This document shows, in pieces, positions 17,958-26,977 of a stretch of DNA of 64,000 nucleotides. Source of the DNA: Chloroflexota bacterium (GTDB lineage Bacteria; Chloroflexota; Limnocylindria; P2-11E); the NCBI GenBank assembly GCA_005889075.1, contig VBDQ01000030.1, positions 13,064-77,063 on the forward strand. The letters are read 5' to 3'. A model generated the notes under the pieces. The model ran no database searches, was not told the DNA's origin, and was given only the letters and a program-made list of their open reading frames with translations. Positions within the stretch are counted from its first letter, which is position 1; each line of letters opens with the position of its first letter. A program made the translations under genes and the position numbers.

Positions 17958-19319
17958 CTACAGAGGCCGCATCGCTTTCAAGAACTCGTCGGCGAATGAT
18001 GCGATCGGCGCGAGAAAGCCCTCGGGTTGGATGCCACCGATCAGCAAGGCGACGAAGATCACGCCGCCGATGATCCCAGCGATCGGCCGGCGTTCGATGA
18101 CCCAGTGGCCAGCCCCGCTCCCAAACAAGCTGATCACGGCTCGCAGCTGTCCGACGATCAGCAGGAGTGTCGCGAGCACGAGTGCGGTGCCGGTCACCGG
18201 GGCGAACTGATACGCGATCAGCTCCATGAAGAAGCGCCCGGGAAAGCCGAGCAGCGGCGGGGCACCGATCATCGCGAAGCCACCAACGACGAATGCGAGC
18301 GCAGCGAGCGGAGCTCGCGATGCGATGGGTCTTTCCGGCGCCGACAGGCGCTCGAGCGCGCCGGCCGCGAGGAGCTGACCCGAGGCCGACGCTCCGGTGA
18401 CGAGGACGCTCGCCACCGCGCCGATGATGCCCGGTCCCGAGAGCGTGGCCATCCCCACGAGCGCGGCCCCGAGATTCGAGATCACCGAATACACCACGAG
18501 CCGTCGCAGGTCCGGGGCGCCCGACGCGAGGAACGCGCCGCCGACAGCCGAGACGAGCCCGATGCCGTGCAGCAGGTCCTGCACCTTCACGACCTGCACG
18601 ATCGCGGGGAGCAGACCGGAGAGCGTCAGGATCTCCGCGAACGCGACGAACGTCGTTGGCACCAGCACGCCGAAATAGAGCGCGAGCGCCGCAGCTGGGA
18701 CCTCACCGGCGAGAAGGGCGGCGTGGGTGTGGAAGGGGATCGCGGCGAGCAGCAGCGCGAACGCGACCACCAGCACGACCGCGAGCAGGACGAACGTGTT
18801 GGCCGGCTGATCGTGCGGGAGGCTCTGGGAAAGGGCGAGCGAGGCGATGCCGAGCGAGCCCCCGAGCGCGACGAAGGCGAAATGTCGCGTGGCCGCTTCG
18901 ACACTGCGGTTGCGTTGGATCTGAAAAGTGAATGACCCGACCGGCACCAGAAGCCCGAGCACGAGCAGTCCGAAGATCGCGAGTGGTGCGGTCACGACGA
19001 GGACGCCGAGCGCGGTCGCGCCCACGGCCAGAGCGGTGGGAAAGAAGTTGTACGCGGGCTCGTCAAGCCAGACGTCGAGCACGAGAAGCAGCAGCGTCCC
19101 GAGGATGACGAGGGCCGCGAGCTGGCCCAGCGGGGATACGCGCAGCTCGAGGTCGAGCAGCGTCCCGTTCGAGTCCGGTGGGACGTCCAGAACAAGCCCA
19201 GCGGCGGCCGCGATGGCGGCGAGCGCGAAGGGCGCCACGATGACGAGCCGCTTTCGGAACGCGAAGGAAATGCACGCGGCCGCGCCGAGCACCAACGGAG
19301 CCGCGGCCACGATCGTCAT
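17958..19319 (-). CDS. Polytopic membrane protein resembling NuoN/MrpD antiporter-like subunits (degenerate)
   Basis: Contains AAIPFHTHAALLAGEVP, RLVVYSVISNLGAALVGM and FAMIGAPPLLGFPGRFF, which echo Proton_antipo_M motifs. ATGA is coupled to the upstream gene. Confidence 0.6.
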   Translation of the reverse strand: MTIVAAAPLVLGAAACISFAFRKRLVIVAPFALAAIAAAAGLVLDVPPDSNGTLLDLELRVSPLGQLAALVILGTLLLLVLDVWLDEPAYNFFPTALAVGATALGVLVVTAPLAIFGLLVLGLLVPVGSFTFQIQRNRSVEAATRHFAFVALGGSLGIASLALSQSLPHDQPANTFVLLAVVLVVAFALLLAAIPFHTHAALLAGEVPAAALALYFGVLVPTTFVAFAEILTLSGLLPAIVQVVKVQDLLHGIGLVSAVGGAFLASGAPDLRRLVVYSVISNLGAALVGMATLSGPGIIGAVASVLVTGASASGQLLAAGALERLSAPERPIASRAPLAALAFVVGGFAMIGAPPLLGFPGRFFMELIAYQFAPVTGTALVLATLLLIVGQLRAVISLFGSGAGHWVIERRPIAGIIGGVIFVALLIGGIQPEGFLAPIASFADEFLKAMRPL

Positions 19320-19903
19320 GCCTCTCGGACCGCTCTCTCGTTGACGATCAGGAACGCACCGGCGAGGGCCACCACAACTTCGAGCCACGCGAGGAGGACG
19401 GTGAGGCCGAGCTGCGGAGCGTCGAGCAGCCGGACGAGGAGCTCGACCCCCGTGATCATCAGTAGCGCGCCCAACGAGCCGCGGACCGGCGTCCGCGCCG
19501 TAACGAGGATGGCGACTCCGGACGAAAGGAGCCAGAAGCTCGCGACCTGAGCCGTGACGCCGGTCGGGTCCTCACCGAATAGGGGGACCGAGGGCGTTTC
19601 CGCGTTGGCGGTTCGGAGCGTCGCGAAGCACGCCGCGGTCGCGGCCGCGGCCACGATCGTCGCGAGCCAGAGCCGCCACCCGGGATCCTCGCCGTACGTC
19701 TGGTCCCGCGCCGCGACGTAGAGAATGCCGCACGCGACAAGAGCGCCGCAGCCCTCGACCGCGAGCTCGGTCGCCGAAAGCTGGCCGGCCGTCACGAAGT
19801 TTGCCGCGAGCGAGACTCCGAGAAGCGCGACCGCCGAGTAGCGAAGTTGACGTGATCCGTTTGCGGTGAGCGTGGCGAGGGCGATGATCGCGAGCGGGAT
19901 CAT
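19316..19903 (-). CDS. Membrane protein, apparent tandem NuoK/MrpC-like repeat
   Basis: It has two halves. Each has a hydrophobic hairpin and an intramembrane Glu (ATELAVEGCGALV and GVELLV...AWLEVVVALAG). The start is ATG 19903. Confidence 0.5.
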   Translation of the reverse strand: MIPLAIIALATLTANGSRQLRYSAVALLGVSLAANFVTAGQLSATELAVEGCGALVACGILYVAARDQTYGEDPGWRLWLATIVAAAATAACFATLRTANAETPSVPLFGEDPTGVTAQVASFWLLSSGVAILVTARTPVRGSLGALLMITGVELLVRLLDAPQLGLTVLLAWLEVVVALAGAFLIVNERAVREA

Positions 19904-19919
19904 TGGAGCTCGGCAGCGC

Positions 19920-21692
19920 TCATCGGGTGGACCAGACGAGAAGCGCGACGATGAGGATCGTCGCCAGCCAAACGCCGGCGCGCTGCTCGAAAAGGCCGAA
20001 TCCTGTCGAGCTGAGCGTGACGGCGCGCTCCAGGACACGAAACGCGGAAACACCGGCGGGGACCGGGTCGGCGGCCCAGACGAACCGTTGGAGGCGCGAC
20101 GCCACCGCCTCGAGGTCAGGGACGAAGGGACGCAGGGCGCCCGCAGCGATCACGAGGACCGTGGCGATCACCAGTGCGGTGATCGCGAAGAGGGGATCGA
20201 GAGGACCGAGCGGACGCCCGATCTGCTTCAGGGCATCGGCGATCGGGACCTCCACAAGCACGCCGAGCAGCGCACTGGCGATGAGTCCAGCCACGGCGGC
20301 AGCTACCTCCAGATCGAGCGGAGCTTCGCCGAGCGCGAGCCGTCGCCCCGCCTGGAGCAACACGAGGATCAAGGCGCAGCCGGCGATCGCGATCGCGGCG
20401 ATCGCGGTCGGGGGATCTGGAACGGCTCCCGCGCCGATCGCGACGCCGAGGATCCCGACGACCATCCAGGTGCCAGTAACGACCGTCGCGATGTAGCCGC
20501 GATGCGGAGGCATCCAAACGCTTTCGAGCACCGATCCGAAGGCGGCCGCCGCGAAGACCACAAGTCCCGACGCGAGCGCTACCGGCGTGCCGCACGCGAG
20601 CGCGACCCAGAAGATCGCAAGCGTCACGTCGTGCCGCGTGACCTCCCATTGCTCGGGAAGAGCGAGCGAGACCGCCGCGGCGTACAGCACGGTGAGAAGC
20701 GCCGCCGCGAGGACGACGTAGCTCCAGTGCAGCATCGGGTAGGCGCCGAGGATGACGAGCCCGAGAGCTGTAACGATCACGAGGCGGCGCGACGGACGCT
20801 TGCGTAGACGCGCGCGCACCACGAAGCCAACGAGCACGACCACCGCGAGAATGCCGCGAGGGATCGGACCGATCCCCGGGAGTCCCAGCTCTGATAGGTC
20901 GATGCTCGTCGCGCCGAGGAAACGCATCAGGATCAGCGATGCGGCGACGCCCGCGGGCATGGCGAGCAGACCGCGTAGCGGCTCGCGCTCGGCGGCGGCC
21001 GCCTGCGCGCGCTCGTAGCGCCAGGGCACAAAGGGATAGAGGCCGGCGAAGAGGGCTGCGCCGGCCGTCGTCGCGAGGACCGCTCCCGGGCTGACAGCCG
21101 TGGGGGCGATGACGGCGATCGCGAGCGATGGACCGCCTTGCCGCGCGACGAGCAGCGCGCCGACGACGAATCCCTGGAGGCCGGCGGTGAGGTAAGCGGC
21201 GAGACGCATCGCCGATGGCGCTGGCGCGACGAGCAACGTCGCGAAAGCGGTGAGCGCCGCCAGCACCGCGAGAGCGACCACCGCGGCGACGAGATCGTTC
21301 GTGACCACGACCGCGATCGAGACGAATCCGATGGCGAGCACGAGCGAAGGAAGGTACCTGGGGGACGCGGCCGAACGTGCGCTCGCGAGCAGACCGGCGG
21401 CCGCGTATCCACATGTCGCCGCTATACCGACCGCTCCGATCCCGTCCAGCCGATACGACGCTTGGATGGTCGGCCCGCCTGCTGCCGTCCACTCCCAGAG
21501 CGCGCGGCCCGCGGCGAAGGCAGGATCGACGAACTGATAGAGGAGGAGAGGCGTCGCTGCCGCCGCGAGCGCGACGACGAAGGCGGTCGGCACGCCCCAT
21601 GCCTGGTCGCTCCGTCGCGACGCGGACACAAGAGCGACCACGGAGAGGGCCGCAGCGGCCGCGAAGAGGGCGAACTCCGCTCGCACGATCAC
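19920..21692 (-). CDS. Large polytopic membrane protein resembling NuoL/MrpA N-terminal and core regions (degenerate)
   Basis: Contains IQASYRLDGIGAVGIA (Proton_antipo_N-like) and about 16 predicted TM helices. The start is GTG 21692, preceded by TACCTT-N8. Confidence 0.55.
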   Translation of the reverse strand: MIVRAEFALFAAAAALSVVALVSASRRSDQAWGVPTAFVVALAAAATPLLLYQFVDPAFAAGRALWEWTAAGGPTIQASYRLDGIGAVGIAATCGYAAAGLLASARSAASPRYLPSLVLAIGFVSIAVVVTNDLVAAVVALAVLAALTAFATLLVAPAPSAMRLAAYLTAGLQGFVVGALLVARQGGPSLAIAVIAPTAVSPGAVLATTAGAALFAGLYPFVPWRYERAQAAAAEREPLRGLLAMPAGVAASLILMRFLGATSIDLSELGLPGIGPIPRGILAVVVLVGFVVRARLRKRPSRRLVIVTALGLVILGAYPMLHWSYVVLAAALLTVLYAAAVSLALPEQWEVTRHDVTLAIFWVALACGTPVALASGLVVFAAAAFGSVLESVWMPPHRGYIATVVTGTWMVVGILGVAIGAGAVPDPPTAIAAIAIAGCALILVLLQAGRRLALGEAPLDLEVAAAVAGLIASALLGVLVEVPIADALKQIGRPLGPLDPLFAITALVIATVLVIAAGALRPFVPDLEAVASRLQRFVWAADPVPAGVSAFRVLERAVTLSSTGFGLFEQRAGVWLATILIVALLVWSTR

Positions 21693-21699
21693 CCTGGGG

Positions 21700-21706
21700 T
21701 AAGGTA
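21700..21706. promoter_or_regulatory. Overlapping back-to-back -10-like boxes (rpoN and the membrane module)
   Basis: Plus strand: TAAGGT (21700-21705), N7, GTG 21713. Minus strand: TACCTT (21706 to 21701), N8, GTG 21692. Confidence 0.4.
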
Positions 21707-21712
21707 GCCGAG

Positions 21713-23152
21713 GTGGACCTGAAACTCCTCCCGCAGCAGCAGCTCAAGGTCACGCCAAAACAGATCGCAGCGAACTACATCCTTCAGCTTTCGTCCCTCG
21801 AGCTCCAGGACGTGATCAATCAGGAGCTCTCGGAAAATCCAGCCCTCGATCTGGAGGAGGTGCAGGTCTGCCCGCTGTGCGGGCAGCCGCTCACCGGTCG
21901 GGTGTGCGTCAACTGTTTCGGGATCGGAAGCCGCCCGTACAAGGGCGGCGAGGATGTCGAGACCGAACCCCTCGAGGGCACGAGCCTGCTGCAGCGTGAC
22001 GAGGAAGAAGACGAGCTCGACCCGATCGTGCGTGCCGAAGCGGAGCAGACCCTGGCGGAGTACTTGTCGTGGAACGCGCGCGTCCTCCTGCCTGCCCGCC
22101 TTCATCCGGTCGCCGAATACATCATCGGCAACCTGAACGACAACGGGTACCTGGAAGTGCCACTCGAAGAGATCGCCAAGGCCATGCGGGCCTCCCTCGC
22201 CGACGCGACCGAGGCGCTCCGGACCATCCAGGAGATCGAGCCGTGGGGCATCGGCGCTCGAGATACACGCGAGTGTCTGATCATCCAGATGGACCACCTC
22301 GCCGAGATCGGCGAGGAGGTACCGCCGTACGCGCGCGCGATCGTGTCGGATCACCTGCGCGAGCTCGGCGAGCACAAGTTCGGGGACATCGCGCAGGCCC
22401 TCCGCATCACGCGCGAAGAGGTACAGAGCGCATGGGATTGGGTGAAGCACAGCCTCAATCCCTATCCCGCGCAGGCGTTCGCCGCGGGCCCCGACGGGAC
22501 GAGCATCGGCGGGCGCCAAGTCGCGCTCCGACCGGACGTGATCATCATCCGGAACGAGCGCGGGGATTTCGAGGTCGAGGTGATCGAGTCGCGGCGCTTC
22601 GCTCTCCGCGTGAACCCCGTCTACCGCCAGCTCGTAGGGCAGCTCCAGGCCGCGCGGAGCGCGGGGGCATCAGCGCCCGCGATGAGTGACGATGAGCGTC
22701 AGCACATCCGTCAGTACGTAACCAGGGCGAAGTTCTTCATCGACAACATCAACCAGCGCCGCCAGACGATCGGGCGGATCACCGACGTGATCGTCGAGTG
22801 CCAGCGCGACTTCCTCGACAAGGGCGTCCAATCCCTCCGGCCGCTGACCCGCGCCGAGGTGGGAGAGCGGATCGGGATGCACGAGTCGACGGTCAGCCGC
22901 GCCACCGCCGGGAAGTTCGTCCTTTTGCCCTCAGGGCAGGTCGTGCCGTTCGCGATGTTCTTTACGGCGTCGCTCGGCGTGAAGGACGTGATCAAGAACA
23001 TCATCGACGTCGAGGACCGTTCGCGGCCCTATTCGGATCAAGAAGTCGTCGAAAAGCTGCGCGGCGAACACGGGATCATTCTGGCGCGGCGCACCGTCGC
23101 GAAATATCGCGAGGAGCTGCAGATCCTGCCCGCGCGCCTGCGGAAACGCTAA
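21713..23152 (+). CDS. rpoN: RNA polymerase sigma-54 factor
   Basis: The N-terminus is LKLLPQQQLKVTPKQIAANYILQLSSLELQDVINQELSENPALD. HESTVSRA is the HTH, and ARRTVAKYREEL is the RpoN box. Confidence 0.9.
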   Translation: MDLKLLPQQQLKVTPKQIAANYILQLSSLELQDVINQELSENPALDLEEVQVCPLCGQPLTGRVCVNCFGIGSRPYKGGEDVETEPLEGTSLLQRDEEEDELDPIVRAEAEQTLAEYLSWNARVLLPARLHPVAEYIIGNLNDNGYLEVPLEEIAKAMRASLADATEALRTIQEIEPWGIGARDTRECLIIQMDHLAEIGEEVPPYARAIVSDHLRELGEHKFGDIAQALRITREEVQSAWDWVKHSLNPYPAQAFAAGPDGTSIGGRQVALRPDVIIIRNERGDFEVEVIESRRFALRVNPVYRQLVGQLQAARSAGASAPAMSDDERQHIRQYVTRAKFFIDNINQRRQTIGRITDVIVECQRDFLDKGVQSLRPLTRAEVGERIGMHESTVSRATAGKFVLLPSGQVVPFAMFFTASLGVKDVIKNIIDVEDRSRPYSDQEVVEKLRGEHGIILARRTVAKYREELQILPARLRKR

Positions 23153-23439
23153 GGGTTCGGGACGCGCGCCGCCGGGCGCTTCGGCGAGTTCGGCTTTGGC
23201 GGAGGTGTGCCTAACGTTTTGGCGATCTCGTCCACCGCCGACGCCTCGATGTGGTAGCCGAACGAGGTCCGGCGCACCCCAGGTACGTCCTTGCCGCGGA
23301 GCGCATCGCGAAGCGCGTGCTCCCGCCATCCGGTCTTCGCTGCCAGCTCGGCGGTCGTCAGCCAGTCGCGATCCTTGCTCTTCTGCTTCTCGGACGCGTC
23401 TGCCTTCGGTTGTGACTTCGAGGCCTTCTGCGGTGGCAT
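23149..23439 (-). CDS. Small basic protein with a putative helix-turn-helix
   Basis: MPPQKASKSQPKADASEKQKSKDRDWLTTAELAAKTGW... It is preceded by TAGAGT-N7-ATG with no SD. It overlaps the rpoN stop by 4 nt in convergent orientation. Confidence 0.55.
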   Translation of the reverse strand: MPPQKASKSQPKADASEKQKSKDRDWLTTAELAAKTGWREHALRDALRGKDVPGVRRTSFGYHIEASAVDEIAKTLGTPPPKPNSPKRPAARVPNP

Positions 23440-23542
23440 GACGCGAACTCTACCCGGTTTGCGGACGGTGGCTCGCTTGCGATAAACTTCAGTTGAAGCG
23501 CTGCGGCCCCCTCCGTCGGGGCGGGCGCCTTTTTCTTGCCTG

Positions 23543-25560
23543 TTGGGGGTTTTCGTGGAAGGTCTCCTGTGGGTCGTGCCCATCTCCGGCGTCGTCGCGC
23601 TCGCCGTCGCGGGGTATTTCGCGTACGACGTGCTGCGGTCGCCGACCGGCACGCCGGAAATGCAGGAGGTCGCGGGCGCGATCTACGAAGCCGCGACCGC
23701 GTTCATCCAGCGGCAGTACCGGACGATCTTCTTCCTTGCCCTCGGTGGCGTGGTTGTCATCGGTCTCGTGATCTACATCTTCGAGTCCGCGCCCGGGGTG
23801 TCGAAGGAGGAGCTCGCGATCAAGACTTCGATCGCGTTCTTCGTCGGCGCCCTCTGCTCGATGGCTTCCGGGATCCTCGGCATGTTCGTCGCGGTGAAGT
23901 CGAATCTGCGGACCGCCGCGGCGGCCCAGCACTCGGTCGCCGACGCCCTCCGGATCTCACTGCGCGGCGGCGCCGTCTCAGGGATCCTCGTGGTGGCTCT
24001 CTCGCTCATCGGCGTATTCGTGATGTTCATCGCCTACGGCGGGGTGCCGACCTTGTCGGCAAGGTCGAGGCAGGAATTCCGGAAGACGACCCGCGAAATG
24101 CCGCCGTCATCGCCGATCTCGTCGGCGACAACGTCGGTGACTGCGCGGGTCGTGGCGCGGACCTCTTCGAGTCGACTGCCGCCGAGAACATCGGAGCGAT
24201 GATCCTTGGGGTGGCGATCTACGCCGTGACGCATAACGTGGCCTGGATCCTCTTCCCGCTGGTCGTTCGTGGCTTCGGCCTCATCGCCAGTGTCATTGGG
24301 ATTTTCACCGTTCGCGGAAGCGATCGCCGCAGCCCCATGACGAGTCTCAACACCGGCTACTACATCACCGTCGCGCTCGCGATCGCCGGCATGTGGGTCG
24401 TCACGAACTCGATGCTCAACGAGAAGGGCGCCGGCTACTGGTTCTTCTACGCCGGGGTCGTCGGCATCCTCACGAGCCTGGCCTTCGTCTTCATCACCCA
24501 GTACTACACGGCGGGGAGCTGGCGCCCGGTCAAGGAGATCGCCGAGGCCGCGAAGACGGGCCCGGCGACGACGATCATCTCGGGCGTCGCGGTGGGATTC
24601 GAGACCACCGCGAGCTCGGCGATCGCGATCGCGCTCGCGCTTTTCTTCTCGCACTTCTTTGGCGAGCAATGGGGCGCTGCGACCGGCCTGCCGCACGGCG
24701 GGATCTACGGCACCGCGGTCGCCACGATGGGAATGCTCATGAGCGCGGCGTTCATCCTCGCGATGGATACGTTCGGCCCGATCACCGACAACGCCGGCGG
24801 CGTCGCATCGATGGCGCGGGCCTCGCAGGAGACCCGCGATCGTACCGATCGCCTGGATGCCGTCGGCAACACCACGAAGGCGCTGACCAAAGGCTACGCG
24901 GTCGGATCGGCCGCGCTCGCCGCCTTCCTGCTCTTCTCCGCCTACCTCGACAAGGTCGCGCAGCTCACCGGCAAGCCGTTCGACTCCGTCGATCTTGCAA
25001 AGGTCAACGTCTTCCTTGGCGGTTTCCTCGGGGCGATGCTCGTCTACCTCTTCTCATCGCTTGCCATCCGCGCCGTCGGGCGGGCTGGCAGCGCGATCAT
25101 CGAGGAGGTTCGCACACAGTTCCGCGAGCACCCGGGGATCATGCAGGGCACCGAGCGCCCCGACTACGCGCGCGTCGTGGACATCACGACGGCCTCGGCG
25201 CTGCGCAACATGATCGCGCCGGGGCTGCTGGCCATTGGCGCGCCGATCCTCGTCGGCATCCTGCTCAAGGCCGAGGCCGAAGCCGCGATGCTGATGGTGG
25301 GCACGATGGCCGGCGTCATCCTCGCCACCGTGCTCAACAACGGCGGCGGGGCGTGGGACAACGCGAAGAAATACATCGAGTCGGGTGAGCTCCACGACGA
25401 TAAGGGGCAGGTCATCGGCAAGGGCACGCCGGCGCACGCGGCTGCGGTGGTGGGTGACACCGTGGGCGATCCCTTCAAGGACACCGCCGGACCCAGCCTG
25501 CACGTGCTCATCAAGCTTCTCTCGACGATCACCCTGGTGCTGGCGCCGCTCTTCGTCTGA
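23543..25560 (+). pseudogene. hppA: Membrane-bound proton-translocating pyrophosphatase, frame-broken near 24040-24045
   Basis: The N-terminal ~165 aa lie in the frame of ORF 23543..24202. From GADLVGKVEAGIPEDDPRN onward the sequence lies in the frame of ORF 23536..25560. The segment that normally holds GFGASL..FARLGGGI.TK.ADV appears to be missing. Confidence 0.8.
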
Positions 25561-25592
25561 TCAATCTCTGGGCTCCGCCTTAGCCTCTGCGC

Positions 25593-26348
25593 GTGCCCGG
25601 ATCGATCGACCTCAACAGCGACCTCGGCGAAGGGGCCGGGACGGACGCGGACATCATGCCGCTCATCTCGAGCGCCAACATCGCGTGTGGTGGGCATGCC
25701 GGGAACGAGAGCACCATGCGGGCCGCGGTCGAGCTCGCGCTCCGGAACAAGGTCGCGATCGGCGCCCATCCCGGTTACCCCGACCGCGAACGTTTCGGAC
25801 GGGTCGCCCTCGAGATGCCGCAGCGCGACCTCGTGGAGTCGATCCGTCGCCAGATCGATTTGCTCGTAGGGATCGCGTCGCGGCTCGGCGCGCGGGTCAC
25901 GCACGTCAAAGCGCACGGCGCCCTCTACAACCAGGCGGAACGCGATCCGGCCGCGGCGCGCACGATCCTCTTTGGGATCCAAGCGGCGAAGGCAGGGCAG
26001 GATGTCGTGGTGTTCGCACCTCCTGGCTCGGCGATGTATGAGGAGGCGAAAGCCACAGGAATGGCGGTCGCGCGCGAGGGCTTCGTCGACCGCGCCTATG
26101 AGAGCGATGGAACGCTTCGCCCGCGCAGCCTCGGCGATGCGCTCATCACCGACCCCAGCGCCGCCGCGGCGCAGGCCCTGTCGATGCTCGAGAAAGGCGG
26201 GGTCACGACGGTGGACGGGCCGTTCATCACGCTTCAGGTGGAGACCCTCTGCATACACGGCGATACGCCCGGCGCGGCGGAGATCGCGCGCGCGGTCCGC
26301 GAAGCGCTCGCCCGCGCGAACGTGAAGATCGCCTCACCCCGATCCTGA
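25593..26348 (+). CDS. pxpA: 5-oxoprolinase subunit A (LamB/YcsF family)
   Basis: Contains IDLNSDLGEG...ANIACGGHAG...IGAHPGYPDRERFGR. Confidence 0.88.
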   Translation: MPGSIDLNSDLGEGAGTDADIMPLISSANIACGGHAGNESTMRAAVELALRNKVAIGAHPGYPDRERFGRVALEMPQRDLVESIRRQIDLLVGIASRLGARVTHVKAHGALYNQAERDPAAARTILFGIQAAKAGQDVVVFAPPGSAMYEEAKATGMAVAREGFVDRAYESDGTLRPRSLGDALITDPSAAAAQALSMLEKGGVTTVDGPFITLQVETLCIHGDTPGAAEIARAVREALARANVKIASPRS

Positions 26349-26977
26349 AAGATCCGCGCGTCGTTCCCTTCGGCGACAGCGCGCTGCTCGTCGAGCTCGG
26401 CGACCGCGTGAACGCCAAGCTCGTCGAACGCTGTCGGGCGCTCGCCGAGGCATGGGAAGATCTCGGTCACGGGCCCGCGGTGCCCGCGTATGCGTCTGTC
26501 CTCGTACGCTTCGATCCGCGGCGCCTCGATCCGCTCGAGGCTGAGCGAGGCGTGAGCGACGCACTCGCGCGATCGACCGAGATCGAGCCGACGAACCCGC
26601 GGACGGTCGAGATACCGACGCGCTATGACGGGCCAGACCTCGCGGAAACGGCAAGCGCTTCGGGGGTCGATACGAAGACGCTCGTGAGGCTACACAGCGA
26701 GCGTGACTACGTCGCGTTCTTCCTTGGCTTCCTGCCCGGATTCGCGTACTGCGGGACGTTGGATGCGCGGATCGTGGCGCCGCGGCTGGCGCGGCCCCAC
26801 GAACGCGTGCCCGCCGGATCCGTCGCGGTCGCCGACGGACAGACCGGCGTCTATCCATTCGACTCACCCGGCGGGTGGCGGATCCTCGGATCGACCGACC
26901 TCGTGATGTTCGACGCGGCCCGGGAACCGCCCGCGCTCATTCGCCCAGGCGATCGCGTGCGATTCGTCCCCCAGTGA
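26345..26977 (+). CDS. pxpB: 5-oxoprolinase subunit B (KipI / allophanate hydrolase subunit 1 family)
   Basis: Family-like sequence LKDPRVVPFGDSALLVELGD starts at 26345 (CTG), overlapping the pxpA stop. The first canonical start, GTG 26408, would remove the conserved N-terminus. Confidence 0.75.
   Translation: MKDPRVVPFGDSALLVELGDRVNAKLVERCRALAEAWEDLGHGPAVPAYASVLVRFDPRRLDPLEAERGVSDALARSTEIEPTNPRTVEIPTRYDGPDLAETASASGVDTKTLVRLHSERDYVAFFLGFLPGFAYCGTLDARIVAPRLARPHERVPAGSVAVADGQTGVYPFDSPGGWRILGSTDLVMFDAAREPPALIRPGDRVRFVPQ

Noticed and set aside
23498-23537. Imperfect GC hairpin followed by TTTTTCTT upstream of hppA, as a possible terminator or attenuator
   Set aside because: Only about 5 contiguous base pairs (GCCCC/GGGGC) form. 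No same-strand gene lies upstream that it could terminate. I cannot distinguish it from chance.
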